Below, piece after piece: positions 17,266 through 25,083 of a stretch of DNA of 64,000 nt (positions are counted from its first letter, which is position 1; every line of letters starts with the position of its first letter). The stretch lies in the IMG/VR virus record IMGVR_UViG_3300046782_000843; one strand, given 5' to 3'. Origin of the DNA: a virus. The notes beneath the pieces were generated by a model. The model was not told the DNA's origin. It searched no databases and was given only the letters and a program-made list of their open reading frames with translations. Made by a program: the position numbers and the translations under genes.

Positions 17266-17457
17266 CCCTAGGAGCCACGAGGATGCCTCAGGAGCGACGC
17301 CGCCGGTTTTCCGCGGGGTTCGGTCGACCGAGCCTGCGTTCGTGGCGCCAGCGCGTTTTCGGGGGTCTCGAGTTTTGCCTCACTTACGGTGAGATGGTCG
17401 AGGTATGTGGTCGAGCTGTGAGTGCTGGGCGTCTGGACCTATGCTTGTCGCGCACAG

Positions 17458-17496
17458 GCATATGTATTGACAGCCACTTGCATATGGTAGTAAGGT
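17458..17496 (+). promoter_or_regulatory. early promoter P1 with dual GCATATG boxes
   Basis: GCATATGT (17458-17465), TTGACA (17467-17472), GCATATGG (17480-17487), TAAGGT (17491-17496). The spacer is 18 nt. Confidence 0.55.
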
Positions 17497-17580
17497 AGTG
17501 TCCTGGTCTCGACGCGGCGGGCACGACGCGCGCCGCGGGACACGAGCCGCCAGCACAGTCGGCACAGAGGAGCACACGCC

Positions 17581-17892
17581 ATGCAAGCCATCTCGACCAA
17601 GTATCACGGTCCGACCAACCACCGCGGCGCCCGGATCAAGGCGTCCTGCGAGGCCGGGAGCCTGACCGTCGGCTACGACTACAGCCTGGGCAGCGAGGCG
17701 AACCACATCCGGGCCATCCGCGCCCTGATCGCCAAGCTCGGCTGGTTCCACGACGCGAGCCGGGGCGACCGGTATGGCGCCTGGCACGTCGGCGGCCTGG
17801 GCCACGGCTACGTCGCCGTCTGCACCGGGGAGTACAGCGTCGTCGAGGCGCCCGGCAACGTCGCGGCCTACCTGGCGGGGGTGCGCTCGTGA
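17581..17892 (+). CDS. hypothetical early protein
   Basis: 103 aa (MQAISTKYHGPTNHRGARIKA). CA-rich leader with GAGGAG before the ATG. Confidence 0.75.
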   Translation: MQAISTKYHGPTNHRGARIKASCEAGSLTVGYDYSLGSEANHIRAIRALIAKLGWFHDASRGDRYGAWHVGGLGHGYVAVCTGEYSVVEAPGNVAAYLAGVRS

Positions 17893-18110
17893 AGGCCGCC
17901 GAGCTGGTCGACGACGGCAAGCCCCTGGTCATGCGCCTGGCTGAGCTGGTCGAGGCGGAGGGCGGTCGCGCCTACCTGTCGGGCTGGGTACGCGGCGCGA
18001 CCGGCCCCTGGCAGCTGCAGTTCGAGCTGGAATACGTCACCCTGGCGGCCGCCAAGGCCGCTCGGCGCCGCTTCCTGGCCGGGAAGGACGTGGTCGATGG
18101 CCGCCTCTAA
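17889..18110 (+). CDS. hypothetical early protein
   Basis: 73 aa. The GTG start overlaps the upstream stop (GTGA). Confidence 0.6.
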   Translation: MKAAELVDDGKPLVMRLAELVEAEGGRAYLSGWVRGATGPWQLQFELEYVTLAAAKAARRRFLAGKDVVDGRL

Positions 18111-18306
18111 GCCCGTCCCTGCCCACGTCAGCGTGCGCCTGGCCCAGGTCTGGACGCGAGACGGGCGCCTGGTCGTCAGCGCCTGGAGCCGTCGCGGCCA
18201 GGCCAGCTGGCGCCTGCTGTTCACGCGCGAGTATGTCAACCCGGCCGCTGGGCGCCTGGCGCTCGGCGGCGCTTCTCTGAGGAGCTGGACCCATGGCCAA
18301 GCCTAA
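18097..18306 (+). CDS. hypothetical early protein
   Basis: 69 aa. Overlaps the upstream gene by 14 nt. Confidence 0.5.
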   Translation: MAASKPVPAHVSVRLAQVWTRDGRLVVSAWSRRGQASWRLLFTREYVNPAAGRLALGGASLRSWTHGQA

Positions 18307-18721
18307 GCTCGTCGTCACGACCCCCGTCGGCGTCTTCTCGCGGTCGACCGACCGCACCTACTCCCACATTGTCGTCGCCCGCGGCGGCAAGCCCAGCTGG
18401 ATTCGAGCGCGCCTGGCTCGCGAGCTGGCCTACTACCTGGAGCAGGAGCGCGACTACGCCGCGGTGGTCGCCGGTGGGCCCCTCAGGGCCATCTACGAGG
18501 AGCAGCGCAGCCTCTACCCGGAGTACCTGGCCCGGGTGCGCCAGGAGATCGCCTGCCACGAGGAGCGCCTGGCGGCGACGCTGGCCGCCTCGGCGGCGTC
18601 GGTGCATGGCTGCCACGGCTGGTGCGGGAGGCTGGACCTGGCCAGGAAGCTCGCCAGCAAGACCGCCGAGACGCAGCTCGACGTGCGGGTCTACACGCTC
18701 GACGGCCAGGAGGTGAAGTGA
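18293..18721 (+). CDS. hypothetical early protein
   Basis: 142 aa with plausible globular composition. Ends in the conserved GGCCAGGAGGTGAAGTGATGG junction. Confidence 0.7.
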   Translation: MAKPKLVVTTPVGVFSRSTDRTYSHIVVARGGKPSWIRARLARELAYYLEQERDYAAVVAGGPLRAIYEEQRSLYPEYLARVRQEIACHEERLAATLAASAASVHGCHGWCGRLDLARKLASKTAETQLDVRVYTLDGQEVK

Positions 18722-18918
18722 TGGCCCTCGTCTCCACGATCGACGGCAACCACCGCAAGGTCATCATCAACGTCCACGCCATGCGCGGAGCGATCCTCAC
18801 GGTCATCCGGTACAACCACGGTGGGGGGAAAACCAAGCTCACCGTCGCGCTCACCCCGGAGGAGTGCCGGGAACTCGCCGCGTCCTTCAACGAAGCCGCT
18901 GGCCAGAAGGTGAAGTGA
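18721..18918 (+). CDS. hypothetical early protein
   Basis: 65 aa from internal ATG 18721 (MALVSTIDGN). TGATG coupling. Confidence 0.65.
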   Translation: MALVSTIDGNHRKVIINVHAMRGAILTVIRYNHGGGKTKLTVALTPEECRELAASFNEAAGQKVK

Positions 18919-19130
18919 TGGACGCCGACCGCTTGATCGGGCTCGCCTACGTTGCGGCGCGCATGCACTCGGGCCAGTGGTCGCGGGGCTACCGGCTGCT
19001 CTCCAAGATCCAGTGGCGGCCGGGGAGTGACGCCCAGGCGAGGCTGCTGCCGCGTGAGGACTGGGACGCGGCCAGGACCTGGGCGGCGCACTACCTGGCC
19101 TTCGCGAGGCGCCACCCGCGCGCCTTCTGA
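18918..19130 (+). CDS. hypothetical early protein
   Basis: 70 aa from internal ATG 18918 (MDADRLIGLAY). The same coupling junction as at 18721. Confidence 0.65.
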   Translation: MDADRLIGLAYVAARMHSGQWSRGYRLLSKIQWRPGSDAQARLLPREDWDAARTWAAHYLAFARRHPRAF

Positions 19131-19152
19131 GCGGAGAGCCGCGTCGACACCC

Positions 19153-19185
19153 ATGGGGGGTTGGGCACCAGGCCTGGCCCCCCAT
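19153..19185 (+). terminator. hairpin after 18918..19130 (possible terminator)
   Basis: ATGGGGGG / CCCCCCAT 8-bp stem with a 17-nt loop. There is no U-tract. It lies just upstream of promoter P2. Confidence 0.35.
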
Positions 19186-19195
19186 TGTGGTGTGG

Positions 19196-19238
19196 GAAAG
19201 CATAGGCCTTGACACCGAAAAGCATATGCAAGTAGAAT
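19196..19238 (+). promoter_or_regulatory. early promoter P2 with dual boxes
   Basis: GAAAGCATAGGC (19196-19207), TTGACA (19209-19214), GCATATGC (19222-19229), TAGAAT (19233-19238). The spacer is 18 nt, and the leader to ATG 19290 is about 45 nt. Confidence 0.7.
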
Positions 19239-19289
19239 GAAGACCGGTTCATTCGAGACACGTTCACAGCAGCTACAGGAGACACGCAC

Positions 19290-20036
19290 ATGACCAGACA
19301 GTCCGCCCCCGCCGCCAGCACCCTGACCGCCGCCCAGTACATCGCCGCCCTGCGTGAGCAGCTCGCGCCGCTGCCCGTCAACACCTCCAGCAACAGCCTG
19401 TCCTTCCCCGGAAGCTCGATCGCCGTCTACCTCGACACCAACAGCCTGCGCCAGGTCCGCAGCGTCGAGGTCCGCGGCAGCTACGCCGACCGCGCCCGCC
19501 ACGCAGGCATTCACCGCTTCACCAAGGTCGCCGACGTCACCTACATCGCCCGGCAGCTCATTCGCATCGTCGGCGAGGACCGCGTGGCCCGAGCCTCGGC
19601 CAAGGCGGCCCAGGCGCAGCTCGACGCCCAGCTGCTGCGCGAGAAGGCCGTCGTCGCCCGCCTGCAGCCCATGGCCAACGCGATCAACGAGCTGGTCAAG
19701 AGCGGCGTCCTGACCGTCGCGCGCCTGGAGGGCGACAGCCGCCCCAACGGCGACGTCGAGGTGTCCATGCGCCTCAACGGCCTGAGTGAGGCGCAGGCCG
19801 TGGCGGTGCTCGCGCTGCTGGCCGGGCCGGTCGTCGCGCCCGAGCCCGTCGAGCGCCAACCGCTCCCCGCCAGCGTCGGCGACCGTATCCGCGCGACGCT
19901 GGCCGCCCGCCAGGCCGAGATGGACGCCGAGCGCCAGGTCGAGGTCTGCGGCGCGCCCGGCGGCGTCGGCGTCTCCTGCCGCAAGGACGCGGGCCACGAC
20001 GGGCCGCACGGCGACTGGCACGAGAGCTGGCGGTAG
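19290..20036 (+). CDS. hypothetical early protein
   Basis: 248 aa. Conserved leader ACAGGAGACACGCAC before the ATG. Confidence 0.75.
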   Translation: MTRQSAPAASTLTAAQYIAALREQLAPLPVNTSSNSLSFPGSSIAVYLDTNSLRQVRSVEVRGSYADRARHAGIHRFTKVADVTYIARQLIRIVGEDRVARASAKAAQAQLDAQLLREKAVVARLQPMANAINELVKSGVLTVARLEGDSRPNGDVEVSMRLNGLSEAQAVAVLALLAGPVVAPEPVERQPLPASVGDRIRATLAARQAEMDAERQVEVCGAPGGVGVSCRKDAGHDGPHGDWHESWR

Positions 20037-20108
20037 GTGTACGAAACGCCCTGGCCACCCGCGAGCCAGGGCGTCGGGCGACCAAACGCCCCTGACGAGG
20101 CACCGACC

Positions 20109-20384
20109 ATGATGATTCCGACGATCCACAGCAACGGCACCGGCCGCAGCAGCCTGCTCGGCGAGCTGGAAGCGGCGCACAGCGCAGTCATCGCGGCGGT
20201 CGACGCCCTGCGCCAGGTCACCGTCCACGGCCGCGACTACTACGTCCAGCCGGGCGGCGAGAGCGCCTACCGCGTCGCCCGGGCGGAGATGGACGCGCGC
20301 CTGGAGGCCCTGCGCCAGGTGGGCGAGGACCTGCTCGTGATGCACCGGGGCGTCGTCGAGCAGGGCAGCAACGGCGGCCGGTAG
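20109..20384 (+). CDS. hypothetical early protein
   Basis: 91 aa from ATG 20109 (MMIPTIHSNGTG). GTG 20037 is an alternative start. Confidence 0.6.
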   Translation: MMIPTIHSNGTGRSSLLGELEAAHSAVIAAVDALRQVTVHGRDYYVQPGGESAYRVARAEMDARLEALRQVGEDLLVMHRGVVEQGSNGGR

Positions 20385-20442
20385 CCGGTCACCACAGCAG
20401 TCAACAGCAGCAGTCAACAGCAGCCACACAGGAGACACGACC

Positions 20443-20898
20443 ATGCACAGCTTCAACTTCGTCCAGACCTTCACCCGCGCCGACGAGAACCACGCCCACG
20501 TCTACACCAGCGGCTACGTCGTCGAGGCCGAGAGCCGCGAGGCCGCCGAGGCGATCGGCCGCGAGCGCAGCGCGCACCTCACCGTGCTGAGCACCCGCCT
20601 GGCCGCCATCCTCGACCGGGATGGCGTGGTGACCGAGTATCACGCCGACGGCGGGGTGCTCACCGAGGCGCAGCAGCTCTTCGCCCTGCGCGTCCTGGGT
20701 GTCGACATCCCGGCCTACTTCGTCGGGCGCGCGTTCGCCGAGCAGGTGCTGCGCGAGTACGCCACTGAGCAGAACGGCTTCGCGGTCGACGTCCATCCGC
20801 TCGGCACCCCCTACAGCGACAGCAGCATCTCGACCGTGTATCCCGCGGACGGCGACAGCTTCCGCGACGCGGTCGCCGTGTTGCGCCGCGTGTTCTGA
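20443..20898 (+). CDS. hypothetical early protein
   Basis: 151 aa. Exact leader CACAGGAGACACGACC before the ATG. Confidence 0.75.
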   Translation: MHSFNFVQTFTRADENHAHVYTSGYVVEAESREAAEAIGRERSAHLTVLSTRLAAILDRDGVVTEYHADGGVLTEAQQLFALRVLGVDIPAYFVGRAFAEQVLREYATEQNGFAVDVHPLGTPYSDSSISTVYPADGDSFRDAVAVLRRVF

Positions 20899-20976
20899 CC
20901 ACAGCCGCCCCCGCTCGCCAGGCATGACGCCTGGCGGGCTGGTCAGGCGCCCCCAGCAGCCACAGGAGACACGACC

Positions 20977-21540
20977 ATGAAGCACCAGACATCGACCCCC
21001 CTACGCGTCCAGGCCCTCGCCCTCGTCCACGTCCTGGCCGCCCGCCTCGACGCCCCGCCGCTCGACTACCGGGACTGGCAGACCATCAGCCAGCAGGTCG
21101 CGCAGCTGCAGAAGCTGAGCCGCGAGGCGGTGCGCAGCTTCGTCATGACCGCCGAGCAGGGCGAGCGCCTGGGCGTGGCCGTCGAGCCCGTCGTCGAGCC
21201 CGAGCCGGTGCGGCCGAGCGTCGCGCTGCCGCCCTCGGCTGCCGACCAGCGCCATGGCGAGCGCGTCGCCGTCGAGCAGCTGGTGCTCGGCTACCTGCGC
21301 GAGACCTACCGCCTCGCCGAGGTGGTGGGCCGCAAGGAGCCGGTCCTGACCGCGGCCAGCGTCACCGACTACCTCGACCAGCTGGGCGCGCTGCCGGAGT
21401 GGCTGGGCGACCTGACCCGCAACCGCCGCCGCCGCGAGGTCTACAACGCCCTGGCCCGCCTGGTGCGCGCTGGGGCCATCGTCGCCAGCTACACCGTCAT
21501 CCACGGCCATGACGTCCTGGCCTACAACCCGGTCGGCTGA
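20977..21540 (+). CDS. hypothetical protein with C-terminal winged-helix-like region
   Basis: 187 aa. Exact leader CACAGGAGACACGACC before the ATG. Confidence 0.7.
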   Translation: MKHQTSTPLRVQALALVHVLAARLDAPPLDYRDWQTISQQVAQLQKLSREAVRSFVMTAEQGERLGVAVEPVVEPEPVRPSVALPPSAADQRHGERVAVEQLVLGYLRETYRLAEVVGRKEPVLTAASVTDYLDQLGALPEWLGDLTRNRRRREVYNALARLVRAGAIVASYTVIHGHDVLAYNPVG

Positions 21541-21561
21541 CCGGCGCCAGCCCCCTGCCAT

Positions 21562-21600
21562 GCATATGCTTGACACCTTCGGGCATATGCATGGTAGACT
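21562..21600 (+). promoter_or_regulatory. early promoter P3 with dual GCATATGC boxes
   Basis: GCATATGC (21562-21569), TTGACA (21570-21575), GCATATGC (21583-21590), TGG-TAGACT (21592-21600). The spacer is 19 nt, and the leader to ATG 21652 is about 45 nt. Confidence 0.65.
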
Positions 21601-21651
21601 CTAGTCCTCGACCGCGGCACCGACACAGCCGCCCACAGCAGGAGACACGAC

Positions 21652-21771
21652 ATGGACCGCACAGACGCCGCCCGCAGCCTCGCCAAGGTGTTCGCCTACC
21701 TCGCCTGCAACAAGCCGGACGCCGCCCGCGCTGCCGCTGAGCCGCTGATCGCCTGGCTGCGCAGCCTGTAA
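21652..21771 (+). CDS. hypothetical 39-aa protein (below ORF-track cutoff)
   Basis: MDRTDAARSLAKVFAYLACNKPDAARAAAEPLIAWLRSL. Leader CAGGAGACACGAC before the ATG. Confidence 0.5.
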   Translation: MDRTDAARSLAKVFAYLACNKPDAARAAAEPLIAWLRSL

Positions 21772-21807
21772 CCGTTTCACCCACACGACCACAGAGGAGA
21801 CACGACC

Positions 21808-22263
21808 ATGACGCACCACAGCTCGTCCCCGCAGCCCATCCCGCTCTATCCCGTCGTCTTGACCCACGCCGCCACGCGCGCCTGGCTGGCGGGCCACGGC
21901 CTGGACTACGTCCGGCTCCCGAAGGGTCTCGGCGACCCCTACATCGTCAGCGTGCCGAGCGGCGAGCACTTCACGATCGAGGCGCTGATCACCGGCGGGT
22001 TCAGGGTCGAGCGCCACCAGGCCACCACGGGCCAGGCGGTGCAGGCACCGAGCGCCGCCCCCGCCGACTTCACCGTCGAGAACCACGGCAGCGTCTGGCT
22101 GCTCACGCCCGAGACCACCGACGCGCGCAACTGGGTCGACGAGAACGTCGCCCTGGAGCCCTGGCAGTGGCTCGGCCGCTCGTTCGCCGTCGAGCCGCGG
22201 CTGCTCGACCAGCTCGTCGAAGGCATCCAGGCCGAGGGGCTCTCGGTCGAGGCGGCATCATGA
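21808..22263 (+). CDS. hypothetical early protein
   Basis: 151 aa. Leader AGAGGAGACACGACC before the ATG. Confidence 0.75.
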   Translation: MTHHSSSPQPIPLYPVVLTHAATRAWLAGHGLDYVRLPKGLGDPYIVSVPSGEHFTIEALITGGFRVERHQATTGQAVQAPSAAPADFTVENHGSVWLLTPETTDARNWVDENVALEPWQWLGRSFAVEPRLLDQLVEGIQAEGLSVEAAS

Positions 22264-22535
22264 ACCGCCGCCCGCAGCTCACCTGGAGCGAGAGGGAAGC
22301 CCGCGCCGTGGCGCGCCGCCAGGGCCAGCACGCCATCACCTACCTGCGCCAGGTGCTGGCCTACCAGCACCAGGCGGACCAGTGGCAGCAGCTCGCCGAC
22401 CAGGCGGGCGTGGATGCCACCAACGCCGCCTACTGGCGGCAGAACGTCGACCGCGCGGTCGGCGACATGCTGCACACCGCACGCCGCGCCTGGCGCCTGG
22501 CGCTGCAGCTCCAGGGCGAGGCCGCCCGACGCTGA
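22260..22535 (+). CDS. hypothetical early protein
   Basis: 91 aa from internal ATG 22260 (MNRRPQLTW). ATGA coupling. Confidence 0.65.
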   Translation: MNRRPQLTWSEREARAVARRQGQHAITYLRQVLAYQHQADQWQQLADQAGVDATNAAYWRQNVDRAVGDMLHTARRAWRLALQLQGEAARR

Positions 22536-22553
22536 CACCAACGACTCGACCTG

Positions 22554-22591
22554 CTGGGCGCCACAATCCTGTGGCGCCCAGCTTTGTGTTT
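22554..22591 (+). terminator. intrinsic terminator
   Basis: Perfect 12-bp stem CTGGGCGCCACA / TGTGGCGCCCAG with a 4-nt loop, followed by CTTTGTGTTT. Confidence 0.75.
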
Positions 22592-22631
22592 CACCCGGCA
22601 CACGTCCACAGCAGACACAGGAGACACGACC

Positions 22632-23045
22632 ATGAACCGCACCCCCGCCGCCCCCGCCGAGCGCACGATCACCCTCACCGACCGCCCCCCGGTCATGATC
22701 CGCGAGGTGGACTGGCCGGTCATCGCCATCGCCAAGCACTGGCAGGGCGAGTTCGAGCGCCAGTCGCCCCGCACGGCCAGGATCTACGTCAGGGAGCACC
22801 AGGATGGCCGTAGGCTGGTCTACGGCGTCACGACCACGCAATACATCAGCGAGCCCGCGCCCCGCGCTGGGGTCATCGTCGCGGCTCCTGGGGACCTCAC
22901 GGCCGAGGAGCTGGCGCGCGGCGACGAGCTGAGCCTGGGCGACAACGCGGCCACGGTCGAGGCGATCAAGCAGGTCGCCCGGCTGATCGGCTACCCCGAC
23001 CTGGCGCAGGCGTGCATCGCGGACCTTCCGGCGGAGGTGCTCTGA
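22632..23045 (+). CDS. hypothetical early protein
   Basis: 137 aa from ATG 22632. Exact leader CACAGGAGACACGACC. Confidence 0.7.
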   Translation: MNRTPAAPAERTITLTDRPPVMIREVDWPVIAIAKHWQGEFERQSPRTARIYVREHQDGRRLVYGVTTTQYISEPAPRAGVIVAAPGDLTAEELARGDELSLGDNAATVEAIKQVARLIGYPDLAQACIADLPAEVL

Positions 23046-23389
23046 TGGCGCGCCGCTTCACCCGTGACCAGGTGCTCGCCGCCGGGCGAGCGCTCGACCC
23101 CCAGGGCCTGCCGCCTGCCAGCGACGGCGCCCACGTCGTCGGCCGGGCCCGCTACTCGGTCCACCCGACTCTCACCCTCTCGGACGAAGAGGTCGTCCCG
23201 CGCTTCGACGTCCTGCTCGCCGAGGCGGAGACCGACGTCGGCGCCCAGGACGCCGTCAGCGCCCGGCCTGAGGGCTCGGGCGAGGGCATCCTGGCCGTCT
23301 GGGACCACACCACCGACCTGGTGTATCTCGACGGCAGCGCGAGCTGGGGCTTCCCCCGCAGCCTCTGGCCGCTGCCGGAGGTGCTCTGA
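23045..23389 (+). CDS. hypothetical early protein
   Basis: 114 aa from ATG 23045 (MARRFTRDQV). GGAGGTGCTCTGATGGC coupling junction. Confidence 0.65.
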   Translation: MARRFTRDQVLAAGRALDPQGLPPASDGAHVVGRARYSVHPTLTLSDEEVVPRFDVLLAEAETDVGAQDAVSARPEGSGEGILAVWDHTTDLVYLDGSASWGFPRSLWPLPEVL

Positions 23390-23625
23390 TGGCCGCCCGT
23401 CCCCGCGCTCGTAAGTGCCTGCGCTGCCACCACGGCGCGGGCGTCTTCGCCTACGTCCTGCACGACGCCGACGGTGTGGCCTGGAGCGTCCTGGCGCACC
23501 CGGCCTGCATGCCGAAGCTCCAGGCCCGCAGCCCGCTGCGGTTCATCCCCGACTGGGCCGCGGAGGGCGTCGGGCGGCACGTCGCGATCGGCATCAGGAA
23601 GCCCGTGCGAAAGGCGGTGCTCTGA
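23389..23625 (+). CDS. hypothetical Cys/His-containing protein
   Basis: 78 aa. Same coupling junction. CLRCHH...HPAC motif. Confidence 0.6.
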   Translation: MAARPRARKCLRCHHGAGVFAYVLHDADGVAWSVLAHPACMPKLQARSPLRFIPDWAAEGVGRHVAIGIRKPVRKAVL

Positions 23626-23879
23626 TGGCCGCCCGCATCGCCGCCTCAGCCCTGCTGCCCCCCAGCAAGCGCACCGCCTACCACCACCAGCGCGACGTCG
23701 AGCGCCTGCAGCGCCTGGCGGGCGAGGTGCTGCACATCAGCCATGACGGCGACTTCCTGGTCCGCACCAAGACCACCCCGCCGCAACACGTCCGCACGCA
23801 CCGCTACCAGGTGGCCTACGCCTACATCGTCGGCTACCTGCACGCCCGCGGCGGGGCCGAAGGGGAGGTGGTCCTGTGA
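23625..23879 (+). CDS. hypothetical early protein
   Basis: 84 aa from ATG 23625 (MAARIAASALL). Third copy of the coupling junction. Confidence 0.6.
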   Translation: MAARIAASALLPPSKRTAYHHQRDVERLQRLAGEVLHISHDGDFLVRTKTTPPQHVRTHRYQVAYAYIVGYLHARGGAEGEVVL

Positions 23880-24385
23880 AGCCAGGCCTGCTCAAGACCG
23901 AGCAACACGTCGTCAGCGCGGAGGGCACCCGCTACCGGGTGCTCTACGTGTATGCGGCCCGCGGCGAGGAGGCCCCGGAGGCCGCGGACCTCGCCGAGGT
24001 TCACCCCGACGGCAGCTGGCGCTTCGAGGAGCGCACGACGCTGCCGACCGCGGAGCTGCGCCGCGTCGCCGCCAGCAAGCGCGTCGAGGTGACCGGTATC
24101 CCCGAGGGCGAGCGGCCGCGGTGTGTGAAGTGCAACAAGCCGCTGCGGGTCCAGACGCGCGACACCTGGGGGCCGGGGGGCCGGGTAGTCGCCCGCGTCT
24201 TCGAGCGCTGGCAGGGCTACACCGCCAGCGTCGACCGCGCCCGGCCGGAGCGCTTCTGCACGGTGGCCTGCATGCAGTGGTTCGCCCGGCGCGCGTTCGA
24301 TGCCGGGTATCGCATGGTCCGCACGCCGCCCAGGGCACCGGAATATCCCCAAGTGGATATTCGTCCAGCAGGAGGGCCCCGCTGA
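23876..24385 (+). CDS. hypothetical protein with CxxC...CxxxC motifs
   Basis: 169 aa. GTGA start overlap. Contains RCVKCNKP and CTVACMQW. Confidence 0.65.
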   Translation: MKPGLLKTEQHVVSAEGTRYRVLYVYAARGEEAPEAADLAEVHPDGSWRFEERTTLPTAELRRVAASKRVEVTGIPEGERPRCVKCNKPLRVQTRDTWGPGGRVVARVFERWQGYTASVDRARPERFCTVACMQWFARRAFDAGYRMVRTPPRAPEYPQVDIRPAGGPR

Positions 24386-24582
24386 TGGCCCGCCTCCCAC
24401 GCCACGCCCGCGTACGAGTGGGGCGCCTGCTCGGTCGACCCTCGGGGGCGCGCCTCACGGTCGACCGCCTGACCTTCGACCTGTCCGAGGCCGACCTCCA
24501 CGAGCTGGCGCGTCAGCTCGTGGCGGTCCTGGCCGCCCGGCCGCCCCTCGACCACCCGCAGCCCACGGGAGACCGCCCATGA
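24385..24582 (+). CDS. hypothetical small protein
   Basis: 65 aa from ATG 24385. TGATG coupling. Confidence 0.5.
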   Translation: MARLPRHARVRVGRLLGRPSGARLTVDRLTFDLSEADLHELARQLVAVLAARPPLDHPQPTGDRP

Positions 24583-24668
24583 TCCGCACCCGCGACGTCG
24601 TCGAGCTGCTCGTCGACCTGCTCCTGGTCGTGCTGACCCTCTGGCTGTTCGTCCGAGGGCTGTCATGA
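24579..24668 (+). CDS. 29-aa single-pass membrane peptide
   Basis: MIRTRDVVELLVDLLLVVLTLWLFVRGLS. ATGA overlaps at both ends. Confidence 0.45.
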   Translation: MIRTRDVVELLVDLLLVVLTLWLFVRGLS

Positions 24669-24901
24669 TCCTCTCGCTCATTGCCTTCCTGACCGGCCTG
24701 CTCGCCCTGGGGCTGCGCCTCCACGACGTCTGGGACAAGTGGCGGGCGCGCCGCCACCCGGTGGTCACCCTGGTCCCGCTGCACCCCCTCGACGCCCGGC
24801 TGGCCGACATCGCGGCGGCGATCCGCGAGCGCGGGCCTGACCTGCACCTACGGCTGCGCGACGTGCCGCCGGGGCCGGGACCAGGGGCGCGTACGCCATG
24901 A
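24665..24901 (+). CDS. small membrane protein
   Basis: 78 aa with an N-terminal TM helix (ILSLIAFLTGLLALGL). Confidence 0.6.
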   Translation: MILSLIAFLTGLLALGLRLHDVWDKWRARRHPVVTLVPLHPLDARLADIAAAIRERGPDLHLRLRDVPPGPGPGARTP

Positions 24902-25083
24902 CGTCCACCGAGCCGAAGATCTGCCACGCCTGCAAGGTGGCGACATGGCTGTGCCGCAACTGCGGGCGGCGCACCTGCGAGCACTACTGCGGCTACAAGG
25001 CCAACGGCACGGCGATGTGCCAGCCCTGCCAGCGCCTGATCGCCGAGAACTGGACACCCCGCAAGCGGGAGCCCAACCCATGA
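24898..25083 (+). CDS. Cys-rich zinc-finger-like small protein
   Basis: 61 aa with 8 Cys in CxxC-type pairs. Confidence 0.6.
   Translation: MTSTEPKICHACKVATWLCRNCGRRTCEHYCGYKANGTAMCQPCQRLIAENWTPRKREPNP

Noticed and set aside
17283-17498. 71-aa plus-strand ORF with an AGGAG upstream.
   Set aside because: Its Arg-rich translation is implausible, and it runs straight through promoter P1 and its boxes. It is more likely noncoding leader or regulatory DNA.
18483-20474. 663-aa minus-strand ORF in the early region.
   Set aside because: It is antisense to a run of tightly coupled plus-strand genes that have conserved leaders, and its composition is that of a shadow frame.
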